Assembly (NCBI GenBank): GCA_963799845.1 | Contig: CAWCYI010000006.1 | Span: 928,001 to 992,000 of the forward strand | DNA length: 64,000 nucleotides | Reading direction: 5' to 3' | DNA from: an uncultured Nitrososphaerota archaeon | GTDB lineage: Archaea; Thermoproteota; Nitrososphaeria; Nitrososphaerales; CADDZS01 | Shown here: positions 1 through 10,499 of the stretch, piece by piece | Layout of the letters: each line of letters opens with the position of its first letter | Numbering within the stretch: position 1 is the stretch's first letter | Made by a program: the position numbers and the translations under genes | The notes under the pieces: model-generated | Told to the model about the DNA's origin: nothing | Database searches by the model: none | What the model saw: the letters and a program-made list of their open reading frames with translations, nothing else

Positions 1-889
1 ACAGTACATAGAAGACATGCGCTTTCTTGTGACCCAACAGATAGAGATTGGCGCAAAGATATCGAGAGTAAAGAACCAGATCCAAGCTCTACTGGAGAGA
101 AACATGGTCCAGAGCGAGTTCTCAGAATTCTCTGACGTGTTCAGTAACGGAGGTCTTCAAAAGCTCGGAGAGATAGAGCTTCCAAAGCAAGACAGGCTGG
201 CTCTCGCATTGCATCTTTCGGAGCTCAAGTTCTATGCAACCCAGCATACGGAGGTTGAGACCGAGATTGCAAAGATGGCAGCCTCAGACGAAGACTGCCA
301 GCTTCTGTTCAGTCACCCTGGCATCAATGCTTTCACCGCAGTAGCCATCAAGGCAAGAATAGGAGACGCTTCAAGGTTCCCCACAAAGAAACATCTCTGC
401 TCGTATGCCGGAGTCGTTCCAGGTGCTGACAACAGTGGAGAGCGTGAGTCCCACCACGAACACGTAAAGCACGGCGACGTCATATTGAAGTACGCTCTAA
501 CATGCGCAGTGAGTGGAGCCGTGAAAGCCAAGACGGATTCTGCTGTCAAAAGAGTCTACCTGAAGCACATCAAGAGGGGGAAAGCTCCTCAGGAGGCTCA
601 GGTTGATGCTGCAAGGAAACTCGCCTGCATTGTCTGGAAGATGCTTACATTCAAGCAGAGGTACGTCGAGGAGGACAAGTATCTGACAGCGAAGAAGATG
701 AGGCAAACATCCTTCAATGCTCAAAGAGTCATCAAAGACGCGATACTACCAGAGAGCGTTCCAGAGCTAGCCAAAAGCCTTTCATCGGACGTTAGCGTAC
801 TGGAGCAGTACTCAACGAATCTTGATCGCATGCTTGGCCGTCACAATCGGAGAAAAAAGGAAAATAGCAGGCAGACAGGAGTGACTTGA
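1..889 (+). CDS. IS110 recombinase, C-terminal part
   Basis: HPGINAFTA...SYAGVVP...SG...ARKLA motifs; same sequence as the 409-aa ORF at 31683-32912. Confidence 0.93.
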   Translation, partial: QYIEDMRFLVTQQIEIGAKISRVKNQIQALLERNMVQSEFSEFSDVFSNGGLQKLGEIELPKQDRLALALHLSELKFYATQHTEVETEIAKMAASDEDCQLLFSHPGINAFTAVAIKARIGDASRFPTKKHLCSYAGVVPGADNSGERESHHEHVKHGDVILKYALTCAVSGAVKAKTDSAVKRVYLKHIKRGKAPQEAQVDAARKLACIVWKMLTFKQRYVEEDKYLTAKKMRQTSFNAQRVIKDAILPESVPELAKSLSSDVSVLEQYSTNLDRMLGRHNRRKKENSRQTGVT

Positions 890-932
890 TGATGTTTAAT
901 ATTCCTTCTTCAATAGAAGATTTTCACGGGAG
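1..932 (+). mobile_element. IS110-family element type A, copy 1 (left part outside the window)
   Basis: Matches the reverse complement of 31640-32572; the match ends at TTTTCACGGG|AG (core AG 931-932). Confidence 0.93.
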
Positions 933-968
933 CGATTCGGACCCCTCCGGCTAAGAAATCTTTGCAAT

Positions 969-1003
969 TTCGCTAGTAAATTCGTGCGGAAATCATCTTG
1001 CAC
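969..1003 (-). repeat. Degenerate copy of the tRNA-like/TTTACTAGTAAA repeat
   Basis: Reverse complement reads GATTTCCGCACGAATTTACTAGCGAA. Confidence 0.6.
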
Positions 1004-1326
1004 AAGTGTTCTTCATTCCGCCAGGATCGACTTTTGCGGACTAATCAGTATCGAATCCTATCGGGACGTTGCAATTAGAGCAATTTGTATGCGATTTGAA
1101 CGAAAAACGCCTATTTTTACGGTCTCATCATAAATTCGATTCGAACACCACTCAATTCAAACCTCCATCCACCTTGTTTCCTTTCCGCAATAAGGTCCGC
1201 GTTCTGATGAGACTAGGAGCATTTGGTCAAGAATTGAAGTCGTAACGAGCAACAGACTGGTGGTCTGGAAGTGCAGACAACACTCCTAATGTAACCCCTC
1301 AGTTCTGACGCATGGTTTGAAAAAGT

Positions 1327-1789
1327 ATGATGGAAGTTAAGCTGAGATGAAAAAAGGTGGATCCAGGATAATGAGAATCAAAAGTCACCGAAACGCAGGC
1401 AGGCCAGACCGATCAGAGAAATCAGGCAATTAAGAGTACGAGCACCTTCGTGCGCGAGTTGCGAGCTACCGATCCTATCGACGCTTTCAGCGGGTCCGGA
1501 TAGTGGATTGCCAACCAAGGAAGTAATTCAAGAAGTAATCATGAATTGGTTTAGCGATCTATCTGAAGATGATTGTCAAGCGAAATATCCCAGTTCTCGG
1601 AAAAAGATAATTCAGACGATTATCAAATTTTCAAAAAAGAATCTTGCGCTGAAAGATCAGGTCTGCTCAGCGCCCATCGGAACTTGGAGAATTACGCCAA
1701 AGGGGGCGGAGAGAGTGATTAAGGGCATGGGCGAGTGGGTGCCAAGATATTCCTTTCACGATGCTATCATCGAAGAGGTTAAGAAATGA
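1327..1789 (+). CDS. Mrr N-terminal-like winged-helix protein, apparent +1 frameshift near 1345
   Basis: ELPIL..LS..EVI..WF.DLSEDD...KKNL...GTWRITPKG pattern; paralog of 31251-31640. Confidence 0.6.
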
Positions 1790-1849
1790 CGGATGTCCAT
1801 AACTTTCGGGCGTGCGCCAAATACAATACTCTTGGAATAGGTGATAGCA

Positions 1850-2201
1850 GTGCCTCAACCCCACCTGGACCGTTCCGGTTAATTTTAGGGCACAGGATAG
1901 ATCTGTTCTGGACGCAGCCCTGAATATAGCGAAGAACGAAGGTCGCGATGTCACTTCAGTTTTTCGCACCGCCCTGACAGAATTCGTGGGAAGAAAAAAT
2001 CTTCAACACGAGGGTCCAAAAATGGATGAATTCATTCGTGATTCGATGATATCGGAACCAATTTACAGTAAGATGCTAACTCCTAAAGTTCTAGGACTGT
2101 GGTCGGAAAGCGACCTGCTGAGCGCTGCCAAGAAAGTACGCTCGCGAAAATGGGAACTAGACTGCGAACTTCGCTTGCGGGGATTTCACTTTGACTGGTA
2201 G
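1850..2201 (+). CDS. Ribbon-helix-helix-like DNA-binding protein, extra C near 1860
   Basis: AGGTGA SD then GTG; the frame upstream of the 1986 ORF reads TVPVNFRAQDRSVLDAALNIAKNEGRDVTSVFRTALTEFV. Confidence 0.5.
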
Positions 2202-2238
2202 CATAAGGGAAAGAGGAAAGCAAGCCGACGTTCTAAGC

Positions 2239-2700
2239 TTAGGCTGGAAATATTTCGATTAATTCCTGCGGAGTCACGACCTTACCCTTTAGCTTGGGGA
2301 TTCTCGCGAAATGGTCTTCGTTTTCGGTCAGCAGAAAGTCGCAACCCTCGGCAAGACAAGAAGCCGCAATTGCGACATCTTGGTATTCGATCGGTAGGCC
2401 CTTGGATATTAGGTATGCGTTGAGCTGACCGACGAGCTTAGCGACCTCACCGTCCAGAAGGACCCAGCTAAATTGACCGAGCACCTTTTCCGCTTTATCG
2501 ACCGCCGTCTTGTAGTCTTTCCTCAGGTAAGCTCCCGTCAAGATCTCCGAAACGCTAACCGTACCTATGAATGCACGATTTGCGCGGGTAAGCCGCTTGC
2601 ATAGATCTATTGTGTTTTGCCTTCCCCTATCGACATCTACTATTATTGAGGTGTCGACGAGAACTGATATTTCCTCTAGTGTTTTCTTTCTGTTGCTCAA
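2239..2700 (-). CDS. vapC: VapC-like PIN-domain toxin
   Basis: VLVDTSIIVD...SEI...DVAIAAS...LLTENEDHF PIN motifs. Confidence 0.9.
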   Translation of the reverse strand: MSNRKKTLEEISVLVDTSIIVDVDRGRQNTIDLCKRLTRANRAFIGTVSVSEILTGAYLRKDYKTAVDKAEKVLGQFSWVLLDGEVAKLVGQLNAYLISKGLPIEYQDVAIAASCLAEGCDFLLTENEDHFARIPKLKGKVVTPQELIEIFPA

Positions 2701-2703
2701 AAA

Positions 2704-2955
2704 TCAAGGAACCAGCCCGAGACGCTTGAATCTGTCTCTAGAGTCGGCGCGGAGCGATTTCATCAACTTTTCAAAATCTTCAGGCAAAAAGTCAGTGCAG
2801 TCTTTCCATACGTCCTCGCTCGATTTCTCGACTAGAATCTTGTTACCTTCCACGATCATCATCCTCACGGTGTCTCCCTCTCTTATTCCCGCAGCTTCTC
2901 GTATCTTCTTGGGTATGGTAACCTGAGAGTGCCTCGTAACTGTAGCAGATGCCAT
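2704..2955 (-). CDS. vapB: AbrB/MazE-type antitoxin
   Basis: VTRHSQVTIPKKIREAAGIREGD; directly upstream of the PIN gene. Confidence 0.9.
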   Translation of the reverse strand: MASATVTRHSQVTIPKKIREAAGIREGDTVRMMIVEGNKILVEKSSEDVWKDCTDFLPEDFEKLMKSLRADSRDRFKRLGLVP

Positions 2956-3312
2956 CGGTTTTCTTCGTCACCAGAATTACTACACAGATATACTACTTAA
3001 TAATTACTATATTTCTGTAGTAAATCTCTTCTTTGCATTCGTGGGCTAGGAAGTTGAGGTTCCTATCAATTATCGTTGTTATCTTACTCTCCAGACTACC
3101 GACACTGCATTTGTTGATAACTTAGCGGGGTCTTCAAGGAAAGAGGACATATCGGTGGGAGGTAGATCGGGGCGCAGCATCGAGTCCCATTCGGAGTTTC
3201 AGCGTATTTTCATAGATCTCTTGAAGGGTTGGATTGGTGCTTTCACCGCAACGATCACAAGTAAAGGTGAAGCTATCCGAATTGAACAGAGCTTGAATGT
3301 AACTCTCCATCT

Positions 3313-3528
3313 CTAATTGAAGTACAGCGGATCCGACAGTCTTGAAACTCTTTTTCGTGGAGGAGGAATACCAAGTCTAGCGCTGGCCCTTCGTCTGGCC
3401 GCGGTTGCGCTGCATCTTTCTGAACAGTACTTCCTTCTAGCCGGGAGTCCTTCCATATCCTCCATAGGCGTGCCGCAGAATTCACGGTCCTGCTGAACCA
3501 CTACTTGTTTTGTCTTTCTTTGAGGCAT
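3313..3528 (-). CDS. Small basic protein with a partial zinc-ribbon motif
   Basis: EFCGTP...RKYCSERC. Confidence 0.4.
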   Translation of the reverse strand: MPQRKTKQVVVQQDREFCGTPMEDMEGLPARRKYCSERCSATAARRRASARLGIPPPRKRVSRLSDPLYFN

Positions 3529-4044
3529 GATCTGAAGGCAATGAAGTATTATCTTGCTGCGATACATATGATTCAGAGTGCAAACTCGCAAGCCATAACG
3601 ATTTTTTTATTGAAAACGGCAATGCGGTTACACGCGCGGTTGCGAAACGACAGAATTTTTTCTTTAAGAAGTGCTTACAATCTGTCGGTGTTTTTCAACG
3701 CTTTCTATTACACATATCAGTTGCAGCCGGGTAATGCGATAGCGATTCTTCAAACATTAGTAGATACTAATGGAATTATGTTAGGATTTTCTGCCGTTGC
3801 ATTCACAACTCTCTTACCGACAGGGGCGATAAAGAAGCATTGGGGCAATATTCTTGGGGCGATAGCCTATACTATCACATTATACCTATTTTCAATATTC
3901 ATATGCTTCTTGACAATGGTCAGACTACCAAATATTACAGAAGACATTCTTAGTCGATCTTTCGCCGTATCATTAATTCTCATGACACTTGCAACGACTA
4001 TGAAATATTTAGGTCCTCGCTTGCGTTTACTATTTCTTCGATAG
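3505..4044 (+). CDS. Hypothetical membrane protein (start uncertain)
   Basis: Several hydrophobic segments. Confidence 0.45.
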   Translation: MFCLSLRHDLKAMKYYLAAIHMIQSANSQAITIFLLKTAMRLHARLRNDRIFSLRSAYNLSVFFNAFYYTYQLQPGNAIAILQTLVDTNGIMLGFSAVAFTTLLPTGAIKKHWGNILGAIAYTITLYLFSIFICFLTMVRLPNITEDILSRSFAVSLILMTLATTMKYLGPRLRLLFLR

Positions 4045-4048
4045 TTGC

Positions 4049-4522
4049 TTAGGTCACATTAAAGATGATGATATTAGAAACTGCTTGATTTCCAGCCGTG
4101 TTTGCAGAAGCAAAAAAAGTAAAGTTGCCGGCCCTAACCAGTTCCTTCCGATCAGTAAAGGTCCACGTCCCTTGGGCGGTCGTGGTAACTTTGTGGACAT
4201 TCTCGATATGGCCCTTCCTGTTAATATCGGTGACAAGTACGTAGATCAGCACTTTGGAAGCAGGTTTTCCATTGCTCAAGGTGGCTGTACCGGAAACGGT
4301 AGCTATGCACGTGAAAGTGCAGGTAAGAGTGTGAGGCGAATAATTAGTAATCTTAGTCGATGAAACACTTGTAGCACTGAGAGAGCTTGGTACAGATGAG
4401 CTAGTTTGTGCAAAAACCGATGGAGTCCAAAAAGCCATCAAAAGCAAACTTACGGCGATAAATGTAAACAGGATTGACACTCCATTGTTTTTCGATTCGA
4501 AATCAATTAACGTCATACTCAC
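4049..4522 (-). CDS. Secreted Ser/Thr-rich protein with a possible Ig-like domain
   Basis: Signal peptide ...PSVFA|Q, S/T linker, VTTTAQGTWTF motif. Confidence 0.55.
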   Translation of the reverse strand: MSMTLIDFESKNNGVSILFTFIAVSLLLMAFWTPSVFAQTSSSVPSSLSATSVSSTKITNYSPHTLTCTFTCIATVSGTATLSNGKPASKVLIYVLVTDINRKGHIENVHKVTTTAQGTWTFTDRKELVRAGNFTFFASANTAGNQAVSNIIIFNVT

Positions 4523-4875
4523 AAAACAGTAACTATGAAAAATAAGGATGTTGTGGAGGGATGATCAGAATTGAAGACATGCACGGATGAAACTTTAGTT
4601 CTTGAATTGATTACACTCCTTGAACTATCGTCTGAGCTGCAATGGGGTCGATCCACTTAAAGTCCGCGGTGATACAAAAGTTCAGGTTGGCTCGAGGCTT
4701 TACAATGTTCTTTGCCGTGGGCGCGATTGGCACTGCACATAGCACCTCAGAAGAATGGCGACACTTTAGCTTTGCTCAGTTCGTAATTTTTGTCAGATCC
4801 AAAGAAGACAAACTGGCTCTTCGCCTTCAAGAGCGGACCTGTTCATCCAAAGATACGATTAAACATTTAACTAGA

Positions 4876-5349
4876 CTACGCAGAACGTCTTAGAAATAAA
4901 CCTATTAGGGCAACCACGGTAATTCTTGCATAAATACTCCCCGCCATGAGAAAACTAGACACCGGAATCTGCATGATACCGAATTGCGCGGTCCACGTCG
5001 TGACGTTTCCCGCGAAGCCCAGATTGAACGTATACATCCACCTATAGTTCAATTGGGTGGCCCCAAAACTATACCAAGAGAGACCTAGACCCAAATCGTT
5101 GCACAGTGTCACAAAGAGACCAAAACCCAGCACGATGAGAATGCGCTTGTAACGGGTTCTTATCTGGTGTCGGGTCGCCCAAATACTTAGAGGTAAAAAG
5201 GGCAAACCACAAAGCGCAACAAAGAAAAAGGAATACCATCCGTTGGGTGCCCAATTCCGGATTAGATACTGATTCAGATCAATGTAGTTTATCAAGGCAA
5301 GGCCGTAGAGAACGGCAAAGATACTCACCGCTAACAGTCTCTTGTTCAT
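4876..5349 (-). CDS. Hypothetical multi-pass membrane protein
   Basis: 157-aa ORF with about 4 hydrophobic helices. Confidence 0.6.
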   Translation of the reverse strand: MNKRLLAVSIFAVLYGLALINYIDLNQYLIRNWAPNGWYSFFFVALCGLPFLPLSIWATRHQIRTRYKRILIVLGFGLFVTLCNDLGLGLSWYSFGATQLNYRWMYTFNLGFAGNVTTWTAQFGIMQIPVSSFLMAGSIYARITVVALIGLFLRRSA

Positions 5350-5643
5350 ATTTCCTTCGTCTAGGACTGGGGATTCGTTCCTTGTTGTCCTATCCGACGA
5401 ATATTGACTTTAAGCGCAGTGAATTTCGGATATAGAGCCGGGCGGTGTTTCTTGCTAGTTGCACTATCCAATACGTTCCGAGTGATTGCGTCCCACCCCT
5501 GTAGGACACAGACGATTTCACCGAAAATCCATCCAAATAGCTTATTCCTTCATGTTGATCCCATGGTGAGGACCCACGCACATTAGACACACCCCAATAT
5601 GGAGAACCTTTTACTGCAAGCAGTGGAGGTCCAAGATAGAAGC

Positions 5644-5937
5644 ATGCCAAGAAACTCGAGGTGGAGTCCTGATGACAAGATCAGGATAGTCCTTGAATCT
5701 TTGAACACCAACATCTCCATGTCCGAGCTCTGCAGGAAGTACAACCTCACTCCAGGGACATTCTACCAGTGGAGGGAGAAATTCATTCACGGTGGAAAGC
5801 TTGCCCTCACTGGAGGTCTGAAGGATCCGGGGAAGGAGAAGGAGGCAGAGGTGGAGCGATTGAAGAAGCTCATTGGAGAACTAACAATCGCAAACGACGC
5901 AATGAAGCAGGTACTGCAGGGATCGGGGAAAAAATGA
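5644..5937 (+). CDS. IS3 OrfA (HTH)
   Basis: WSPDDKIRIVLE..SELCRKY..FYQWR; ends GGGGAAAAAATGA overlapping orfB. Confidence 0.9.
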   Translation: MPRNSRWSPDDKIRIVLESLNTNISMSELCRKYNLTPGTFYQWREKFIHGGKLALTGGLKDPGKEKEAEVERLKKLIGELTIANDAMKQVLQGSGKK

Positions 5938-6764
5938 GCGTCGCAATAATGGTTAACAAAGGATTGAGCTTGAGGAAAGCTCTCCGGTCCGTTGGGTCTT
6001 CGCAGGGAGCGTATTACTACAAGCGTCACACAAGGCAGGATAAAGGAGCTCTCCGCGATCCGTCCATCATCTCGACAGTCAGGGACATTGCTCTAAAGAA
6101 GCCTATGTACGGAACTAGGATGATGGCAGCTCTTCTATCAAAAGAACTTCGAAGACCCATCAATAGAAAGCAAGTGCAGCACGCCTACCGCATGATGGGC
6201 TGGATCACACCTCGATTGACGAGGAATGAGGTACTGAAATCTGTCTCGGATAAGATCCCGAAACCCAATGGAATAAATCAGTCATGGCAGACCGATCTCA
6301 CATACATCCGCTGCGGAATAGATGGCTTTGGATATCTCTTCAACGTCATCGACGTGTTTTCAAGAGAATGGCTTGCGTATGTCTTTGATGGTTTTGCACG
6401 TAAGGAGAATGCAGTACAGGCTGTCGTAAAAGCTCTCGAGAAGCATCCCGAAGCTTCTGGAAAAGTGACTCTCTACAGCGACAACGGATCCCAGTACATC
6501 AGCGAGACATTCAAGCAGTCGATGAAAGCTTTAGGCATTAAGCAAAGATACATCGCCTACAACACTCCCGAGCAGAATGGATCAATTGAATCGTTCCACG
6601 GACGATTCAAGCGTGAATATGTTTGGCCGTACGATTTTAGATCCTTCCAGGAAGCTGATTCACACATAGCAGAAGCCTTCATAGATTACAACGAGAGGAG
6701 ACCTCACTCGGCACTCGGTTACATGAGTCCGTACGAATTCGTCTCCCAGATAGTAGTGAAATAG
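5934..6764 (+). CDS. IS3 OrfB DDE transposase
   Basis: WQTDLTYI, SDNGSQY, PEQNGSIESF, YNERRPHSALGY. Confidence 0.93.
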   Translation: MSVAIMVNKGLSLRKALRSVGSSQGAYYYKRHTRQDKGALRDPSIISTVRDIALKKPMYGTRMMAALLSKELRRPINRKQVQHAYRMMGWITPRLTRNEVLKSVSDKIPKPNGINQSWQTDLTYIRCGIDGFGYLFNVIDVFSREWLAYVFDGFARKENAVQAVVKALEKHPEASGKVTLYSDNGSQYISETFKQSMKALGIKQRYIAYNTPEQNGSIESFHGRFKREYVWPYDFRSFQEADSHIAEAFIDYNERRPHSALGYMSPYEFVSQIVVK

Positions 6765-7129
6765 AAGATGACACAAAATAATATGCAGTCAAACGAGTCA
6801 AAAGTGTGTCTAAAAGATGGGGTCCAGATCACCCAAAAGCTATATCATAGTCCGATCCGAGTACGAAATGATCGTTGTTGTTTGTTATTCAGTGAAAGAT
6901 CTCTTCGTTAAAAAATAAAAAAGGAATAATAGCTAATTCATAAAGGAATAAATAGGCCGGTACGACCGGAACGAACCTACGGATCGAAGAAATTGCGAAG
7001 TATCTATAGTTTTTCCGCGAGATCGGGAAGATAGTAAAATAAAACTGTGAGATTGTACATTTTCAAATATGGGTTTCATATGGATTGGTGAGACAGTCAT
7101 ATGGTTGTGAGATTTCAGGATGAGACCTT

Positions 7130-7399
7130 ATGCTAGAAAGCATTTGGTTGGTTATAGATCTTATTTTTTATCTCTTCTTGCTTGCTTTTGTAGTTCTGAT
7201 AATTAGCTATCTTTCTAGTCCTGGATTGAATCTGGCTTGCAAGATTAGTCATAAGAAAAAGGATTTCTTTTTGGGGAATTCAATAAATGGAATGACGTTT
7301 TCGTGTGATGATTATGAAACAGTTTGCGAGAGATGCTTTGCCAGATTTGGGTTCAAGAGTATTTGTTATCCTCTCTCGGATGATTTGTTGAATAAATAG
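7130..7399 (+). CDS. Small membrane-anchored Cys-containing protein
   Basis: N-terminal TM segment, C..H and CERC motifs. Confidence 0.45.
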   Translation: MLESIWLVIDLIFYLFLLAFVVLIISYLSSPGLNLACKISHKKKDFFLGNSINGMTFSCDDYETVCERCFARFGFKSICYPLSDDLLNK

Positions 7400-7912
7400 T
7401 GAAGCTTCTGTCATCAATGTGATGTCTTAACAAAGTGAAAAGAAAATGAAACGAATAAGAAGTTCTACCAGTCGGCAATTCGGTCTTTATTTGTGCAGAG
7501 CTTCTTATTTTACCGGAATCCTAGACTGCGAACAGACTTCTCTTGGAGAATGTCAAAACGTATCAGTCACAGCAGAGTGATTTCGTTTGGTGAATATGGA
7601 TGATAGTAGATGAGTGATGAGGAAAGGTCAACCCTCAAAAGGCCTTTTCGAGAGCGAAGAGGGATATATAGAATCTCGAATTTTCTAACGTGCCAGTAAA
7701 CGCATCGCAATTCGCCACCGCAAGACCGCTATTGGATTGACCAACGATCCCGTTCCGTCCGAAGCTTGATCAGTGCATTCCATTGGTGCCTGAAGGATAG
7801 GAGTTTCTGTGTTAGCACTACAAAACTCAGAAGCTTCACGTGCTTTTGGAGCTCTCAGGTGGGCTAAGGGATTTAACTCTCCCCCGCTGCCAGTTTGATG
7901 GAGCAGTCCTAG

Positions 7913-9873
7913 ATGTCAGAGAATTCGACCCGAAAACTGGCTGCTATAATGTTCACTGACATCGTCGGATATCGTACTCTAACCCAATCGGACGAATCTT
8001 TAGCATTACAAGTACTCGAAAGGCATCACCGACTTCTAAGACCATTCTTCGTAAGATACACCGGAAAAGAGATCAATACTATGGGCGACTCTTTCCTCGT
8101 TGAGTTTGAAAGCGCACTGGATGCCACAAATTGCGCCGTAAAGATTCAGGAATACCTTCACGACTATAATTTATCCTCTCATGAGGATTGGAAGATACAG
8201 TTGAGAATCGGAATACACCTTGGTGATGTAGTACATCGAGATGACGATACCCTCGGAGATGCCGTTAATATTGCTTCAAGAATTCAGCCGCTAGCAGAAC
8301 CAGAAGGAGTCTGTATCTCGGAACAGGTCTACTATCAAGTTAGAAACAAGACCGGTTATACTTTCGAAAAATTAGAGCAGCCTCAGCTGAAGAATATCAA
8401 ATTTTCTCCAGCATCTTCAAGGTCGTCATGCCTTGGCAGATTAAGGAAGTGAACAAATCAACTTTAACAAATAATGCATCTGTTCTGGATAAGAGAAGAA
8501 TTGCGGTACTTCCATTTTCAAACATAAGCCCTGATCCCAAAGACGAATACTTTGCAGACGGGATGACTGAGGAATTGATTTCGACGTTATCTAGAATTCG
8601 AGGGATGAAAGTCATCTCCCGCACTTCGGTATTGAGGTACAAGCAGACTAACAAGAGTCTTTCGGAAATCGCCAGGGAACTGAACGTTGGTGCAATACTG
8701 GAAGGGAGTGTGAGGAAGGCGGCAGACGATCTGCGGATTACGGCGCAGTTAATAGACGTGGTAAATGACGAGCATCTGTGGTCTCGAGATTACGATAGGA
8801 AATTCGAGAATGTATTTTCATTGCAGAAAGAGATCGCTCAAAAGGTCGCTGATTCTCTTCAGATCACTATACTAGCAAATGAAAGCAAAGAATTAGGAAA
8901 GAAACCGGCTCAGAACTTGGAAGCTTATACACTGTATCTGAAGGGTCGATCTTACAGGCACCGAGTGACACTTGATTCATTCAAGAAAACAATAGATTAT
9001 TGCGAGCAGGCTATTCGAAAGGATCCAAATTATGCGCAAGCTTACGCCGAGATCGCCAGATCTTACGCTTACCTTGGTACTCATGAGTTGCTTCCTTCGA
9101 ATGAAGCTTATCCACAGGCCGAGAGGTTTGCTGAAAGGGCAATCCAATTGGATCCTTCCGTTCCTGAATCCCATCTCGCACTCGGCCAGGTTCTGCTTGT
9201 TGATAAATGGAATTTCGGAGCTGCCGAAATAGAAATCAGACGAGCCCTTGAACTTAGTCCCAATCTAGTGGAAGGTCATTTATCACTCGCCGATTTGCTC
9301 GTGTTAGTAAGAAGATTCGATGAATCGGTTTTGGAATGCAAAAGTGCTCTCGAACTGGATCCATTGTCGGCTTATACTTGCACATTGGCAGGTACGTCGC
9401 TTTGTTATTCTCATCGAGTAGACGATGCAATAGAACAGCTCAGAAATGCCATTGAACTAGATCCAAATTCAGCTTGGGCGCATAACAATCTGGGCATTGC
9501 ATATGCCATGAAAGGAATCTTTGAGAAAGGGATTTCTGAAATCAAAAAAGCCCTAGAAATTTCTGGCGGGAATAATATGATGCAAAGGAGTGATCTCGCC
9601 TTCGTGTATGCTAGAGAAGGAAAAATGGATGAAGTGAGAAACATTCTTTCCGACTTGCTTAGAATGAGGGAACAAGGCCAGAGTTCACAAACAGAAATTG
9701 CAGCAGTTTATGCGAGTTTGGGTGAAAAGGACAAGGCGGTAGAGGCGCTAGAGATTGCTTACGAGCAGCATGCGGGTTATATTGTAGCGATCAACAGCGA
9801 TTTTGCTTTCGACGCACTTCGGGCAGATCCCAGGTTCCAGGCTTTGTTGAAGAAAATTGGTTTCCGAAATTGA
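7913..9873 (+). CDS. Class III nucleotide cyclase + TolB-N-like + TPR protein, frameshift near 8410
   Basis: AIMFTDIVG, GDSFL, RIGIHLGDV, GDAVNIASR; then RIAVLPFSNIS..YFADGMTEELI and TPR repeats. Confidence 0.85.
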
Positions 9874-9972
9874 TAAAGTTATGAGTCGAAACCTTGCAAA
9901 CTTTTCAACCTGAAGCGTTTGCTACTTACCCAGTCAGATATATTACAAACTGCAATCTTATCTTTGACGCAG

Positions 9973-10312
9973 ATGAAGACGCTTCCAGATTCTGTCAAGA
10001 AGCTTATCGAGGCAAAGACTTTCGCAAACGTTGCCACATTGATGGCAGATGGCTCTCCTCACGTCACGCCGACGTGGGTCGATCACGACGGGGATATTGT
10101 CCTAATCAATACTTTTGAAGGTAGCCAACAATACACAAACGCTATCAAGGATGCCAGGATCGCGCTCGATATCTTCGACACAACGAATCCCTACGACAGG
10201 GCAGTAATCCGTGGGCGTGTCAGGGATGTGACCTTCGATGGAGCAGAGGAGCACTTGGACGGAATGGCAAAGAAATACCTCGGGCTGGACAAATACCAAT
10301 TTACTAGTAAAA
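9973..10312 (+). pseudogene. PPOX-class (F420-type) oxidoreductase, 3'-truncated at a repeat
   Basis: FANVATLMADGSPHVTPTWVD...AKKYLGLDKY; homology stops at CAATTTACTAGTAAAA. Confidence 0.7.
10296..10312 (+). repeat. Palindromic core of the repeat
   Basis: CCAATTTACTAGTAAAA, identical to 12189-12205. Confidence 0.8.
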
Positions 10313-10499
10313 TGATGTCTTGTTCGACCACATTACGGACACGCCTATTGACAATATTTCTGACTTTTTTGGTCCTTTCTTACTCAACGGTATCGCAGCA
10401 GCATAATGATGCCTCCATCTTAAATAATTCGTAGTTGTGTGTCGTTCCGATCAAAAGTTGTCGACGGAAGGACAGTCAACTAAAAATTTTAAGACCCCA

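Larger units (their letters stand above)
5564..6831 (+). mobile_element. IS3-family insertion sequence
   Basis: TG...CA ends, imperfect ~28-bp IR (GGACCC...TTAGACACAC), 4-bp TSD CCCA at 5560-5563 and 6832-6835. Confidence 0.9.
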
